Below, piece by piece: positions 30,325-40,645 of a DNA stretch of 64,000 nt (positions are counted from its first letter, which is position 1; each line of letters starts with the position of its first letter). The stretch is from IMG/VR virus record IMGVR_UViG_3300042691_023183, positions 62,839-126,838 of that record; one strand, given 5' to 3'. Under the pieces are notes generated by a model. It ran no database searches, was not told where the DNA came from, and saw only the letters and a list, made by a program, of their open reading frames with translations. Source of the stretch: a virus. A program made the position numbers and the translations under genes.

Positions 30325-31938
30325 ATGATCAACATTGATATTGAGTGGGGTGATCCCTATCAAATGTCCGATGATAAAGGTATGTGGAGACGGGAAGGTT
30401 TGATTCCGGTCTCTTACCGTAATGAGTTTTTTGCTTACTGGAAGGTTAATAGTTATAAACTAAAGGACAAGGGTTTTGGTGTAGTAAAAAAAGATAAAGA
30501 TTGGTATTTAACCCAAACCAAAACAACCAAAGACCAATTTACCAACGCAAAACCCAAACAGTTGATATCAGAAGATGTGGTGTTAAAGCCATATACAATG
30601 AAACACAGTGATGGATTGCGTCCATGGCAGGTTGAAAGCGTTGCCAAACTATGTTCTGTGATTAAAACGATTGGATGTGGTATTGACGGTAGTGACGTTG
30701 GTATTGGCAAAACATACGTTGCATGTGGTGTTGCACGTGAATTGGACATGGATATTCTTATTGTGTGTCCTAAAGCAGTTATGGAAAGTTGGAGACGTGT
30801 TGTCATTAACCACTTTAAAATGAAAACCCGGTTGATTGGTATTATCAACTATGAACTACTTCGTATGGGTCGTTCAGATTCAATGATTGCATCCTACGTT
30901 AAAAACCGTAAAACCCACGTAGAGGAGTTTAAATGGAAGATTCCTAAATCCACCTTGATTATATGGGATGAAAGTCAGAAACTAAAAGGAGCCACTACTA
31001 AAAACAGCGAGGTATGTTTAAAAGCTCTTAAAGACGGATATAAAATGTTGTTTTGTAGCGCTACCAACGCTACTAATCCGTTGGAATTACGAACTGTTGG
31101 GATGGCAATTAAACTTTTTGAAAACAATCGTCAGTATTATCAGTGGTTGTATACACATGGTGTATCCAAAGGTCGATTTGGATTACAGTTTAACGGTAAT
31201 AAAGAAGTATTAAAGAAACTCCACAAGGATATCTTTGTTAATCGTGGAACTCGTCTTACAAGAGATACCATTCCGAACTTTCCAGAAAGTCAAATTATTG
31301 CGGAGTGTTATGATATGGAAGAAGAAGCCAAACACAAGATCAACTCCATTTATGACGAAATGGAAGTTGAATTGACTAAACTCAAGAAGAAGGTCAAAAA
31401 GGAAAAGAATGATACCGCAAGTGAGTTGACTGCTATTTTAAGAGCAAGACAAAAAGTAGAACTTGTAAAAGTTCCATTGTTTGTAGAAATGGTTGAAGAA
31501 GCTCTTGAAAACAACATGAGTGTGGTTGTCTTTGTTAATTTTACTGAAACCATAACAGCGTTATCTAAACGTCTTGGTACCAAGTGTATTGTTAACGGTG
31601 TTGTATCTGACACTGAAAGACAACAAAACATTGATGATTTTCAAGCGGATAAGCAACGAGTTATATTGGTGAATATTGCGGCTGGTGGTGCGGGTTTGTC
31701 ATTGCATGATTTGCATGGCAATCATCCACGACAAGCATTAATTAGTCCATCGTATAGTGCTGTACAAATGAGACAAGCAACTGGACGTGTGTGGCGTGAT
31801 AGTGCAAAGAGTAAGAGTATTCAAAAAATTGTATTTGTTGCAAATACAGTTGAAGAAAAAGTATGTGACGCTGTTAATGAAAAATTAAAGAACATGGATT
31901 TATTAAACGATGGTGATTTGAAATATGAAAAGAACTAA
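30325..31938 (+). CDS. SF2 (SNF2-like) helicase
   Basis: LRPWQ, DVGIGKT, WDESQ, SAT, GGAGLSL, QATGRVWR. Confidence 0.9.
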   Translation: MINIDIEWGDPYQMSDDKGMWRREGLIPVSYRNEFFAYWKVNSYKLKDKGFGVVKKDKDWYLTQTKTTKDQFTNAKPKQLISEDVVLKPYTMKHSDGLRPWQVESVAKLCSVIKTIGCGIDGSDVGIGKTYVACGVARELDMDILIVCPKAVMESWRRVVINHFKMKTRLIGIINYELLRMGRSDSMIASYVKNRKTHVEEFKWKIPKSTLIIWDESQKLKGATTKNSEVCLKALKDGYKMLFCSATNATNPLELRTVGMAIKLFENNRQYYQWLYTHGVSKGRFGLQFNGNKEVLKKLHKDIFVNRGTRLTRDTIPNFPESQIIAECYDMEEEAKHKINSIYDEMEVELTKLKKKVKKEKNDTASELTAILRARQKVELVKVPLFVEMVEEALENNMSVVVFVNFTETITALSKRLGTKCIVNGVVSDTERQQNIDDFQADKQRVILVNIAAGGAGLSLHDLHGNHPRQALISPSYSAVQMRQATGRVWRDSAKSKSIQKIVFVANTVEEKVCDAVNEKLKNMDLLNDGDLKYEKN

Positions 31939-32236
31939 AATTATAGTAAGATTGTCGTCTGAGTATTTTACAATTGATATTGAAGATATGTTTGACGATC
32001 CGTATATGGAAGCCTGCACACGAGCAATAGAGTTTAAATGTAAAACCAGTGATAAACTCTCAGCTCCACCGTGTATTATTGCGTCTTTGGATCGTAAAGG
32101 TGCAAAAACACATGTATATAACACTTATAACGTTTTGATAAATGCGGGATTACATACCTTCGCTGAAAACTTAAGAGTTAGATTCATGAATGACAGTGGC
32201 ATCGATTTACAAAAAGAACCATCAAAATCTAAATAG
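31925..32236 (+). CDS. Hypothetical protein
   Basis: Coupled ORF. Confidence 0.65.
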   Translation: MKRTKIIVRLSSEYFTIDIEDMFDDPYMEACTRAIEFKCKTSDKLSAPPCIIASLDRKGAKTHVYNTYNVLINAGLHTFAENLRVRFMNDSGIDLQKEPSKSK

Positions 32237-32237
32237 T

Positions 32238-32954
32238 ATGGATAATATACCAGATAATCTTTCTCCAGATTTGATACAGGAACTTGAAAAGTTAAAACAA
32301 GAAGTACGTGAAATTAAAAAACTTCAAGGTTTAGGTGAATCAGTTGCGGAAGAAATTCAAAGAGAAATTGCCGAAAGTCTTGACGTTCCACATTTACGTG
32401 ATAAACAGGATAGCCTAAAGGTAAAACTAAAAAGAGGACACGGATCAAGACCACTTTTGCAATCAGAAATTGCAGCTGCTCAAGCGGTTTCACGTAGTGG
32501 TCGTGAAGCAGCACGTAAGTTGGGAGTAAACTATTTAACATATCGTAAGTATGCAAAAATGTATGATATGCACAATCTTTTGAATCCATTCAACAAAGGA
32601 ATCAAAAAAGATGTAGATCCCGAAGTTGGTAAATATCCGTTAGCAGAATTGTTGGAAGGTAAGTATCCAGATTATCCTGTATACCGACTCAAAGACAAGT
32701 TGATCCGATCACGTAAGAAAGACGCTTGTTGTGAAATCTGTGGATATAGAGAACGTAGGGTTGTAGATGGAAAGATACCGTTACTGTTGAATTTTGAAGA
32801 CGGTAACTCAAAGAATCATAAAATTGAAAATATCAAGTTACTGTGTTACAATTGTACGTTTGTAGCGGGTAAAGGGTTTATTAAAAGAGGACAAAAACAC
32901 TTTGATCCAGATGTGATGCAAGGATCGAAACACTTGTTTATTACTAGATTCTAA
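32238..32954 (+). CDS. HTH + HNH-like Zn-binding protein
   Basis: EAARKLGVNY.TY HTH; CEICG...DGN..N...EN..LLCYNC. Confidence 0.75.
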   Translation: MDNIPDNLSPDLIQELEKLKQEVREIKKLQGLGESVAEEIQREIAESLDVPHLRDKQDSLKVKLKRGHGSRPLLQSEIAAAQAVSRSGREAARKLGVNYLTYRKYAKMYDMHNLLNPFNKGIKKDVDPEVGKYPLAELLEGKYPDYPVYRLKDKLIRSRKKDACCEICGYRERRVVDGKIPLLLNFEDGNSKNHKIENIKLLCYNCTFVAGKGFIKRGQKHFDPDVMQGSKHLFITRF

Positions 32955-32968
32955 CATATTTATATAGC

Positions 32969-33454
32969 ATGGACACATGTGATCATATATTAGCAAAGTA
33001 TGGAGTTATGGCCAACTTTTCAATTGCAAAGAAGGTCACCAAAGAACGTATCAAAAGAATGTCTGAACGGTTAAACACCGAAGACGAAACTTCTGCGGAG
33101 TTTCAAGAAGCATTAAAACAAGAAATTCTAAAAGAAACTCAGGTAGCAATATTCAATAATACCATACCCGGATTGATTACCAATGCTAAAGTTAACAAAT
33201 CATCCATCAAACCAAAGATAATAAACGATAAAGACAAACGTAAAGTAACTCTATTGTCTGCTATCATTATTCAAACCATACTCGAAAAGAAATTAACCAA
33301 AGATGAAACATGTTTGTTGATCATTCAAATGGTTAACGCTCTTGGATTAAAAGATTCAGATTTTAAAGATTTTACCCAACGATATTACATTCAAACAGAT
33401 GATGAAGACGAAGAAGAGGACGATTATTATGATGGAGATGAAGAAGACGATTAG
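32969..33454 (+). CDS. Hypothetical protein with acidic tail
   Basis: Preceded by TATTTATA; D/E-rich C-terminus. Confidence 0.7.
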   Translation: MDTCDHILAKYGVMANFSIAKKVTKERIKRMSERLNTEDETSAEFQEALKQEILKETQVAIFNNTIPGLITNAKVNKSSIKPKIINDKDKRKVTLLSAIIIQTILEKKLTKDETCLLIIQMVNALGLKDSDFKDFTQRYYIQTDDEDEEEDDYYDGDEEDD

Positions 33455-33813
33455 TAAAAGTATACTTTGATTTTGTCGTGTAAGTGAACTACACTTAGTC
33501 CTTCATATTTCCAATTTTCAGTTTTAGCCCTACGAATTAGACGTAGGTACTCTTCATCGTTTGTAATTTCAAATACTTTACCATCTACCCGGAGTGAGTT
33601 TGAATTGTCATTGATATAGTTTAACAAATTTTTACGAAAATGTTCATTCTCATCGTAAAATCTACAAATCGTATTTTTACATTTTTCGTTATGTTCAGGC
33701 GATGCGTTTTGACGATATGCAGTGATGTACGAGTATAAACCGGGAAACTTTTTTATCAGTTCATTGCTGAATTTATTGTCATTGATAATTAAATAGAATA
33801 ATTCATCTTTCAT
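33451..33813 (-). CDS. Hypothetical protein
   Basis: 120-aa ORF. Confidence 0.6.
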   Translation of the reverse strand: MKDELFYLIINDNKFSNELIKKFPGLYSYITAYRQNASPEHNEKCKNTICRFYDENEHFRKNLLNYINDNSNSLRVDGKVFEITNDEEYLRLIRRAKTENWKYEGLSVVHLHDKIKVYFY

Positions 33814-33831
33814 AGTCTCTCATATATATGA

Positions 33832-35091
33832 ATGTCATTACATTCAAGGGTTATTTTAAATATGATATCAAAAAATATAGAAGTTACACTATACGGTAAA
33901 AAAATTGATACCGCAAACATTCTTAGCGTTGCTGATGCAAAGATAATACGTGACAACAAGATTAAAAGAAATATATATGCAAACATTGTAATCATTACAG
34001 GAGTAACCGGTCAGGACGGTAGTCATATGGTTGATTATCTTTTGGAACACACAGATGCTATTATATTTGGTGGTGTGCGTAGATTAAGTGTTTATAATCA
34101 TACCAATCTGGCTCACATCAATTCTGATAGATTTTTCTTGGTCAATTTTGATCTTACCGATTCACATTCAATTGGACAGTTTATCGAAAAAATGCGGCCT
34201 GATTACTTTATCAACTTCGCTGCACAGAGTTTTGTTGCAAGTAGTTGGGATTTTCCACGACAAACTTGGGAAACCAATTGTACTGCGGTACTAGACATTC
34301 TTGAAGCAATTCGTTTGTATCGACCAAGTTGTAGGTTCTATAACGCCGGTTCATCAGAAGAGTTTGGCAATGTTTCATACTCTCCACAAGACGAAACACA
34401 TCCTCTCAAACCTCGTAGTCCATACGGTGCTAGCAAAGCCGCAGCAAGACAGATTGTAAAGGTATATCGTGACAGTTATAACCTATATGCAATTCAAAGT
34501 TGGTTGTTTAACCACGAAGGAACACGTCGTGGTGAAGAGTTTGTAACACGTAAGATATCAAAGAACGTTGCCCGTATATCAGAAGAACTAAACGAAGGTA
34601 AAGTTCCAACACCAATCGAACTTGGTAACGTGTATGCCAAACGTGACTGGAGCGATAGTGAAGACTTTGTTCAATGTGTGTGGATGATGTTGAACCAAGA
34701 AAAGTATCGTAAAGAATTAGACTCCAAGTTGTATACTGGTTTGATGTATACGAAAGATGCTATTGAGTCTTTGAAGGAATATGTGTTGTCTAGTAACGAG
34801 ACTCACACAATCAAAGAGTTTGTTGAACTGTCATTTAAGTCTTTAAACATTCATGGTCATTGGGAAGGTACTGATATCAATGAAAAGTTTATTCAAAATG
34901 ATACCAATAACGTACTTGTTTCCATCAATAGTAACTTTTATAGACCAGCCGAAGTGGAACTTCTATTGGGTGACAGTACCCAGTTTAGAAATGATTTCAA
35001 CTGGACTCCCAAGACATCGTTTAACGAGTTGGTACAAAAAATGGTAAAACACGATCATTATTTGAGATGTAAAGCGTATCTAAACAAGTAA
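33832..35091 (+). CDS. gmd: GDP-mannose 4,6-dehydratase
   Basis: ITGVTGQDGS, AAQSFV, SSEEFG, PRSPYGASK, FNHE..RRGEEFVTRKI, RPAEVELLLGD; start uncertain. Confidence 0.95.
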   Translation: MSLHSRVILNMISKNIEVTLYGKKIDTANILSVADAKIIRDNKIKRNIYANIVIITGVTGQDGSHMVDYLLEHTDAIIFGGVRRLSVYNHTNLAHINSDRFFLVNFDLTDSHSIGQFIEKMRPDYFINFAAQSFVASSWDFPRQTWETNCTAVLDILEAIRLYRPSCRFYNAGSSEEFGNVSYSPQDETHPLKPRSPYGASKAAARQIVKVYRDSYNLYAIQSWLFNHEGTRRGEEFVTRKISKNVARISEELNEGKVPTPIELGNVYAKRDWSDSEDFVQCVWMMLNQEKYRKELDSKLYTGLMYTKDAIESLKEYVLSSNETHTIKEFVELSFKSLNIHGHWEGTDINEKFIQNDTNNVLVSINSNFYRPAEVELLLGDSTQFRNDFNWTPKTSFNELVQKMVKHDHYLRCKAYLNK

Positions 35092-35096
35092 TACTT

Positions 35097-35498
35097 ATGT
35101 CAAACGAAACTTACACACTCTATAACAACACTGTGATGGATCATTTTATGAATCCACGTAACATGGGTGATATTCATGATGCGGATGCTATAGGAGAAGT
35201 AGGTGCAGCTGCATGTGGTGATATCATGAAAATCAGTCTTAAAATTGATCCCGAAACACAAACGGTGACAGATGCTCGGTTTAAAACATTTGGTTGTGGT
35301 AGTGCGATTGCTGCATCCAGTATGGCAACTGAACTAATCAAGGGTCGTAAAATAGATGATCTACAATCTAATTTTACCAACGATCAAATAGTTGATGCAT
35401 TGGGTGGTCTTCCTCCCGTTAAAATTCACTGTAGCGTACTTGCGCATGAAGCATTACAAGCTGCATTGGATGATTACAAACGACGTAAGGGGTTGTAA
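35097..35498 (+). CDS. iscU: Fe-S cluster scaffold IscU/NifU-N
   Basis: DHFMNPRN.G, ACGD, FKTFGCGSAIA, LPPVKIHCS. Confidence 0.95.
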   Translation: MSNETYTLYNNTVMDHFMNPRNMGDIHDADAIGEVGAAACGDIMKISLKIDPETQTVTDARFKTFGCGSAIAASSMATELIKGRKIDDLQSNFTNDQIVDALGGLPPVKIHCSVLAHEALQAALDDYKRRKGL

Positions 35499-36427
35499 TG
35501 AGAGCTTACGTACTGTTTGCGGTAGGACAATCTTATATTGACAAAATACAAATATTAGTAGATTATTTATTAAAGTATTCTATTAATAATATTGTTTTGT
35601 GTTATTCTGAAGGAGTCGTTAATTTTAGTGATGATCGATTAATATCGATTTATATGTCGATTCCATATGTGATTGATTTTAATATTCATCCACATGCACC
35701 ATCGAGTGTACGTAATTGTTATTTAATGAGTTTTAAATCAACTGCGTGTCAACTAGCAATAAAAAAAACTAATTATGACGAATTTGTATATTTAGATTCT
35801 GATGTATTACCCATGCCTAACATTGATACAATGTTTGATGTGTGGTCGAGTCAATGTACTAATTTTCCATTGTTAAGCAAATATCCATCAAATGAGATGT
35901 TGATTGAAGGCAGACCACTTGTTCTTGATAAAGTATTAAATATACTCGGTATATCGAGAAACATGCAGTGTGTACCATCATTGTGCGCCGGATTTTTCTT
36001 TTTTAATCGACAATGTTGGTCATTTATAAACACATGGACATCATTGATTCAGAGTAAACAATATATTGACGTTTTTACAAAACCAGATGAATTTGGAAAT
36101 TTAGACATGTGTCAATATACAGATGAAGGGCCTATAAACTCACTGTTGTGGCTATATGGTTATGATAAATATATTGGACCAATGGTATGGACTTCATTGG
36201 GGGAGTGTATAAAATATGTATTAGGTAGTTATCATACATCGATCCCGATCACTTTACATCCCGATTATCCAAACACTTATGGTTGGACTCCTGATGAATA
36301 TTCATATCCATACGTAGGAAATGCGTCGGTGTTTCCTATAAATAAAAATGACTTGTTTGCATTTCATGCAATCAAGGATTATAAGGAATTTGAATTGGGT
36401 ATAAAATATGTCGATGAACTTTATTGA
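35498..36427 (+). CDS. GT-A glycosyltransferase (GT8/GT71-like)
   Basis: FVYLDSD, AGFFFF, DE..IN..LW. Confidence 0.7.
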   Translation: MRAYVLFAVGQSYIDKIQILVDYLLKYSINNIVLCYSEGVVNFSDDRLISIYMSIPYVIDFNIHPHAPSSVRNCYLMSFKSTACQLAIKKTNYDEFVYLDSDVLPMPNIDTMFDVWSSQCTNFPLLSKYPSNEMLIEGRPLVLDKVLNILGISRNMQCVPSLCAGFFFFNRQCWSFINTWTSLIQSKQYIDVFTKPDEFGNLDMCQYTDEGPINSLLWLYGYDKYIGPMVWTSLGECIKYVLGSYHTSIPITLHPDYPNTYGWTPDEYSYPYVGNASVFPINKNDLFAFHAIKDYKEFELGIKYVDELY

Positions 36428-36585
36428 AATCGATTTGTCATGAACGAAATAAGTCTGTTGTAAAACTTTTCAATACCACGTTTGGTTACTCTCTTTTTAC
36501 GTGTAGTGTTTTTGTATCGTTCAATCAAATCATGTGTCAATTCAACTTCAGTGTTATCAACAACGATGGTTTGAAACTTAAGCAT
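36421..36585 (-). CDS. Small hypothetical protein
   Basis: MLKFQTIVVD..., preceded by TATTTATT. Confidence 0.5.
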   Translation of the reverse strand: MLKFQTIVVDNTEVELTHDLIERYKNTTRKKRVTKRGIEKFYNRLISFMTNRFQ

Positions 36586-36619
36586 AAAAAATCCAGATGA
36601 CAAATAAATATCATCTGGA
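36586..36619 (-). terminator. Intrinsic terminator-like hairpin after HNH gene
   Basis: TCCAGATGA/TCATCTGGA stem followed by a T run on the minus strand. Confidence 0.55.
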
Positions 36620-36642
36620 AATTTTACGTTTAAGATTTTAGA

Positions 36643-37287
36643 TTAATTCACCAAAAAATGTTTCCAATCTTCGTGTTTAGCTTCCTTGATCAAAGCATAA
36701 GCTGGAATTGGTTGTGGAGCAATTGGATTCTTCAATAGAGTTAAACCGGCTTCACTGTTGCTCTTGTTACCCTTCTTGCTGTTGATGTCTTTTGAACACA
36801 ACACCAGATTGGTCCAAGTATCCGCACCACCCTTACTACGAGGAACAACGTGATCGACAGTAGCACTATGACGATCCACCTTTTTGCCAGTGTACTGACA
36901 AATACCATTGTCACGGTTGTAAATCGCTTCCTTACTTGGCTTACTCTTGAAATGTTTCACTGGCATCTTTGCGTAATTGATCGCAATGATAACAGTAGGA
37001 ACACGGTAAATACGATTGACGCTAGAGATGGTAAGATCCCAACTACGAATAGGCAGTTGCATCCAATCGGTCCAACTCACAGGATTCATGCTCTTGGCTT
37101 CATCCATGATTGGTTCTCCATTTTCATCAATTTCATAATCAATATCAAGAGCCAATGAAGTGGGTTTGCCGTTGGTATCATAACCGCAAAGATCGATAAT
37201 GGCATCTTTGACAGTCTTGAATCCGACTGGCTGCCAGTTTGCATTTAAATTCAAACAAATCGCTTTATTTACAACGCTTCCATTCAT
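36643..37287 (-). CDS. HNH endonuclease (McrA/HNH_5-like)
   Basis: LNANWQP, RD..ICQYTG, TVDHVVPRSKGG..TWTNLV..N..KGN. Confidence 0.9.
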   Translation of the reverse strand: MNGSVVNKAICLNLNANWQPVGFKTVKDAIIDLCGYDTNGKPTSLALDIDYEIDENGEPIMDEAKSMNPVSWTDWMQLPIRSWDLTISSVNRIYRVPTVIIAINYAKMPVKHFKSKPSKEAIYNRDNGICQYTGKKVDRHSATVDHVVPRSKGGADTWTNLVLCSKDINSKKGNKSNSEAGLTLLKNPIAPQPIPAYALIKEAKHEDWKHFLVN

Positions 37288-37293
37288 AACGTC

Positions 37294-37321
37294 ATCCTAT
37301 CATCAAATTAAAATAAGTCAA
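37294..37321 (-). promoter_or_regulatory. sigma70-like promoter
   Basis: TTGACT-N16-TAGGAT upstream of HNH gene. Confidence 0.55.
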
Positions 37322-37619
37322 TACCTTTTTTATCGTATTCTTCCAACTGTTCGTCCAGCCGTGGTTTTGCCATGTGAAGGTCTACTTCAAACCATTCGTT
37401 TTTGATGGCTTTTGCAAACGGTTTCATGGTTTCCTTGATGCGTTTTTCTGCTTCAAGGTATTTGGGGTGAAAAATCGAATACACCAACCGATAATTTCTA
37501 TACGGACTTGCCGTTTGATAGTTATTCAAACGAGCGTCAAGGTCTTTAGTAACACCTACTTTGACCCATCCCGGAAAGTTTTCATTGGTTATGATGTATA
37601 AGTATCCACCCACCGACAT
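37308..37619 (-). CDS. GIY-YIG / T5orf172-family protein
   Basis: GYLYII, VKVG.T..L..RL..YQT, E, NEWF. Confidence 0.85.
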   Translation of the reverse strand: MSVGGYLYIITNENFPGWVKVGVTKDLDARLNNYQTASPYRNYRLVYSIFHPKYLEAEKRIKETMKPFAKAIKNEWFEVDLHMAKPRLDEQLEEYDKKGIDLF

Positions 37620-37630
37620 GTGGATACATA

Positions 37631-38263
37631 TTAGACAATTTCGTCAACCAAACCGTATTTTACACATTCTTCTGCGTTCAAATAGGTATCATGTTTGAGT
37701 ATTTCTATCAAATCTGACTCTGGAATCTTGGTGTGTTCAAGGTATATCTTCTTGATACAAGTCATCAAAAGTTCCATGTTTTCATATTCTTCTTTGATAA
37801 TTTCGTAATTACCCCATATACCGCCACTCAGTTGATGTATCATCATAAACGCATTTTTGCGTATGTATCTTTTATGTGCAACCACACTAATTAACGTCGC
37901 TGCACTTGCACAAAATCCTTCGACGGTGGAATGTATTGGAACCTTTGAACTTTTTATACGGTCAACTGCGCTGAAAGCGCTAAACACTTCTCCACCTTCA
38001 CTATTAACAAATAATTCTATTGGTGGTGTGATTGGAAGATTATAATGTATGTTTAACAATCGAATTGATTTGACTGTAGCGTCCAATTGTCGATTGAAGG
38101 TGTATATACTTTGTCGGGTCACATCATCGTAGAAGAAAATTTGATTACTACTGATGTTGATAGTATCTTTGGATGGTTTAGTGGAATCACTTTCAGTATC
38201 ATCATCGGTCATTAAGTACACTGGCGTATAAGTCTTTTTTGTCATAAACATTATTTGATTCAC
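37631..38263 (-). CDS. ClpP-like serine protease
   Basis: NSEGG, CASAAT (Ser), MIHQ (His), HDTYL.AEEC..YGLVD. Confidence 0.9.
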   Translation of the reverse strand: MNQIMFMTKKTYTPVYLMTDDDTESDSTKPSKDTINISSNQIFFYDDVTRQSIYTFNRQLDATVKSIRLLNIHYNLPITPPIELFVNSEGGEVFSAFSAVDRIKSSKVPIHSTVEGFCASAATLISVVAHKRYIRKNAFMMIHQLSGGIWGNYEIIKEEYENMELLMTCIKKIYLEHTKIPESDLIEILKHDTYLNAEECVKYGLVDEIV

Positions 38264-38486
38264 CGTTTAATAAATATACTTTATCAGTATGAAATCCCAA
38301 TAATATCTCTTCTAACTGTAAATGTCTGTAATCGTCATCACAAATACAGCACATTTTTATTAAAGATCCAGATTTTTTAGTAGGAGCGTGACAACATGTA
38401 CAAAAAAACTTCATACATGTTAAAGTATAAAGTTTTGATATCAAGGTTGTGAACGTAATTGATTTGTCACCGGTGTAACTATATTG

Positions 38487-39152
38487 TCACAATAGATAAT
38501 TACCCAGTTGTTCTTCAGGATCGCCTGTAAAGATATAATGCCATGTATATTCTAATATACGACCACTTACATACGCGTCCGATTTGGTAAAATACTCTAT
38601 TTTTCCAGTGTAAAGATCTTTATCAATCGTAGTTGTTTCCAACCAATTTATAATTTGTTTATAAAACTCGATTGGATGACGTAACACATAGTTTTTTGAC
38701 ACCAAAAACTGTGCATGACCTAAAAAAGTCAACGTGTGCGGTATTGGAAATTCACCAAATACCTGTTTCCACGGAGTTTCAATCCACAATTCATAACTTT
38801 TACGATAGTTTCTCTCATTATCTTCAAAATCATTTATTATACTGATATATTGTTCATCAAATCTACGAGTATTAATGTTCATAAACTCGTTGTTCCAATT
38901 CAAATTATTGGCAATATACCACGTTGGATAATCTTGATGATAAGAGTTTTCATGACCGTGTACAAACAACATACGGTCAGGTAAATTGTTGTAGTTATCA
39001 ATAATAAAACGAATGTAGGACCACGCTTCGTTTCCTACATTCGCTGTATTTTCTTTGTTTATAATTGTATACGGATCTTTGAGCTTGTTAACCCAATTTA
39101 CGTTATCGTTATATCTAGATACAATTATATGTTTATTCATGATTATTACCAT
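38487..39152 (-). CDS. DUF3431-like protein (glycan-associated)
   Basis: VSRYN, N.GNEA..Y..FII.NY..LP, F.HGH, AQF.VS, LE..WH.IF. Confidence 0.75.
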   Translation of the reverse strand: MVIIMNKHIIVSRYNDNVNWVNKLKDPYTIINKENTANVGNEAWSYIRFIIDNYNNLPDRMLFVHGHENSYHQDYPTWYIANNLNWNNEFMNINTRRFDEQYISIINDFEDNERNYRKSYELWIETPWKQVFGEFPIPHTLTFLGHAQFLVSKNYVLRHPIEFYKQIINWLETTTIDKDLYTGKIEYFTKSDAYVSGRILEYTWHYIFTGDPEEQLGNYLL

Positions 39153-39886
39153 CTACTAATGTCAATAGAAGATTTAATCTCCAATTTACCATTACTATAT
39201 ATCACATAATCTCTGTTGTGTGTATCCAAACACAGATTTTCACTGGTCAATCCGTTCTCGGTATAATTCTTCCAAGTTGGCGTTGGTTGTGGAGTGTGTC
39301 CAAAGATTTGTTTTACACCCGGAATGCCTTCGAATTCAGCAAAGTCACACCATACAATTCCACCATACTTGTTTATGCCACCACGACTGTATCCGGCATG
39401 AAACATTTCATGAATTTGAGGACGGTTTTCAAACGCATTTCTCAATGCAAATTTAGACTCTTCCTTCAACCATGTGTTGATATCACGTTCACCGATGCAG
39501 TTCTTTTTATAGAAATATCGGTGGACACCAGCGTGACTACAAAGAATATCATCCAACCAATGATACATCTTGATCTTCTTCCAATGATCACGTGTCATCA
39601 CTGTATTGATTAAATACTCTTTGTCTTCGTTATAGCCAGAACAACGATAGTTACGATCACGTGTACCATACATGATATCGTGATTGCCCATAAGATGAAT
39701 ACGGTTTGGTTGTTCAATTGAACGTACCAACCATTCAGCCATTACGAGATTACGTTCTGGTGTATCACCAAAATCATCAAAGTAGTCACCCAAGAAAATA
39801 ATTTCATCAGGCGATTCCTCCTTGATAATGTTGTCCACCAACTTCCATCTAAGATGGATGTCAGATATAATAAGTGTTCTTTTCAT
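39146..39886 (-). CDS. Calcineurin-like metallophosphoesterase
   Basis: SDIH, LGDYFD, GNHD, SHAG, FGHT. Confidence 0.9.
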   Translation of the reverse strand: MKRTLIISDIHLRWKLVDNIIKEESPDEIIFLGDYFDDFGDTPERNLVMAEWLVRSIEQPNRIHLMGNHDIMYGTRDRNYRCSGYNEDKEYLINTVMTRDHWKKIKMYHWLDDILCSHAGVHRYFYKKNCIGERDINTWLKEESKFALRNAFENRPQIHEMFHAGYSRGGINKYGGIVWCDFAEFEGIPGVKQIFGHTPQPTPTWKNYTENGLTSENLCLDTHNRDYVIYSNGKLEIKSSIDISRW

Positions 39887-40005
39887 TTCTTCTTCTTGGG
39901 TCTTCCCCAGTCAATTTTATCGTAGTTTTTATCATAGACGCTTTTCTTAACTGGACGAGGAGCGTCACCTTTTCCGTTTTGTCCTGAACTATTGGAGTCC
40001 TTCAT
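39883..40005 (-). CDS. Small basic phage protein (40 aa, below ORF-track cutoff)
   Basis: Hand translation MKDSNSSGQNGKGDAPRPVKKSVYDKNYDKIDWGRPKKKK; stop overlaps next ATG. Confidence 0.55.
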   Translation of the reverse strand: MKDSNSSGQNGKGDAPRPVKKSVYDKNYDKIDWGRPKKKK

Positions 40006-40627
40006 ATGCATGATCTGCTGTGTGTTTTTTGTTGTTTTGTATATCTTTGGTTATTGCATCAAAAAATTTATTGATTTCACTGTGAGGTAATTTGAATCCA
40101 AGACGTGCATATTTCATGCACCGTGACATTACATTTGTTCCATTTGAAATTCTATTCAAATAAAAGGTTCTGTCTTCTATACATTGTATTACATTTTGTT
40201 CCAAATATAAATGTCTGCCATCATATGCAAGTTGACAGATATTGATATCAAAATCATCCAAAAGGTTGCATGGATTATCATAGTACTTTCGGGTAATCAA
40301 TTGAAGTTTGTAACTTCGATCCATGTATTTGATAAATACATTTTTTGCGTATGCACTATCAGAATCAGTTACATAAAGAAACTGTTTTCCTTCATAATTT
40401 GATTTGATTTTAAAAAGATAATCATCAAACTGTTGTTTGTTTTTAAAGAAAATATCAATATCGGTGGTCATTGGAAGTCCCAATTTAGTTCTCAACAACG
40501 ATCCACCGGCAATCCATGGTCCATCTTCTTCAAGTTTAGGTAGAATCTCTACAAGATATTCTATCTCCGTTATTTTTTCATATTTTGCAGTCAGTGTAAC
40601 CAACGGTACCTTGAAATAATTTGGCAT
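39989..40627 (-). CDS. CCA-adding/poly(A) polymerase head-like nucleotidyltransferase
   Basis: WIAGGS, TDIDIFF, QLI, FDINIC, R..KY...GF. Confidence 0.8.
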   Translation of the reverse strand: MPNYFKVPLVTLTAKYEKITEIEYLVEILPKLEEDGPWIAGGSLLRTKLGLPMTTDIDIFFKNKQQFDDYLFKIKSNYEGKQFLYVTDSDSAYAKNVFIKYMDRSYKLQLITRKYYDNPCNLLDDFDINICQLAYDGRHLYLEQNVIQCIEDRTFYLNRISNGTNVMSRCMKYARLGFKLPHSEINKFFDAITKDIQNNKKHTADHAYEGLQ

Positions 40628-40645
40628 GATATCTCCTATGGTGTA

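Noticed and set aside
38202-38444. 80-aa Cys-rich minus-strand ORF
   Set aside because: Overlaps the ClpP-like gene start and has no recognisable motif; cannot be supported
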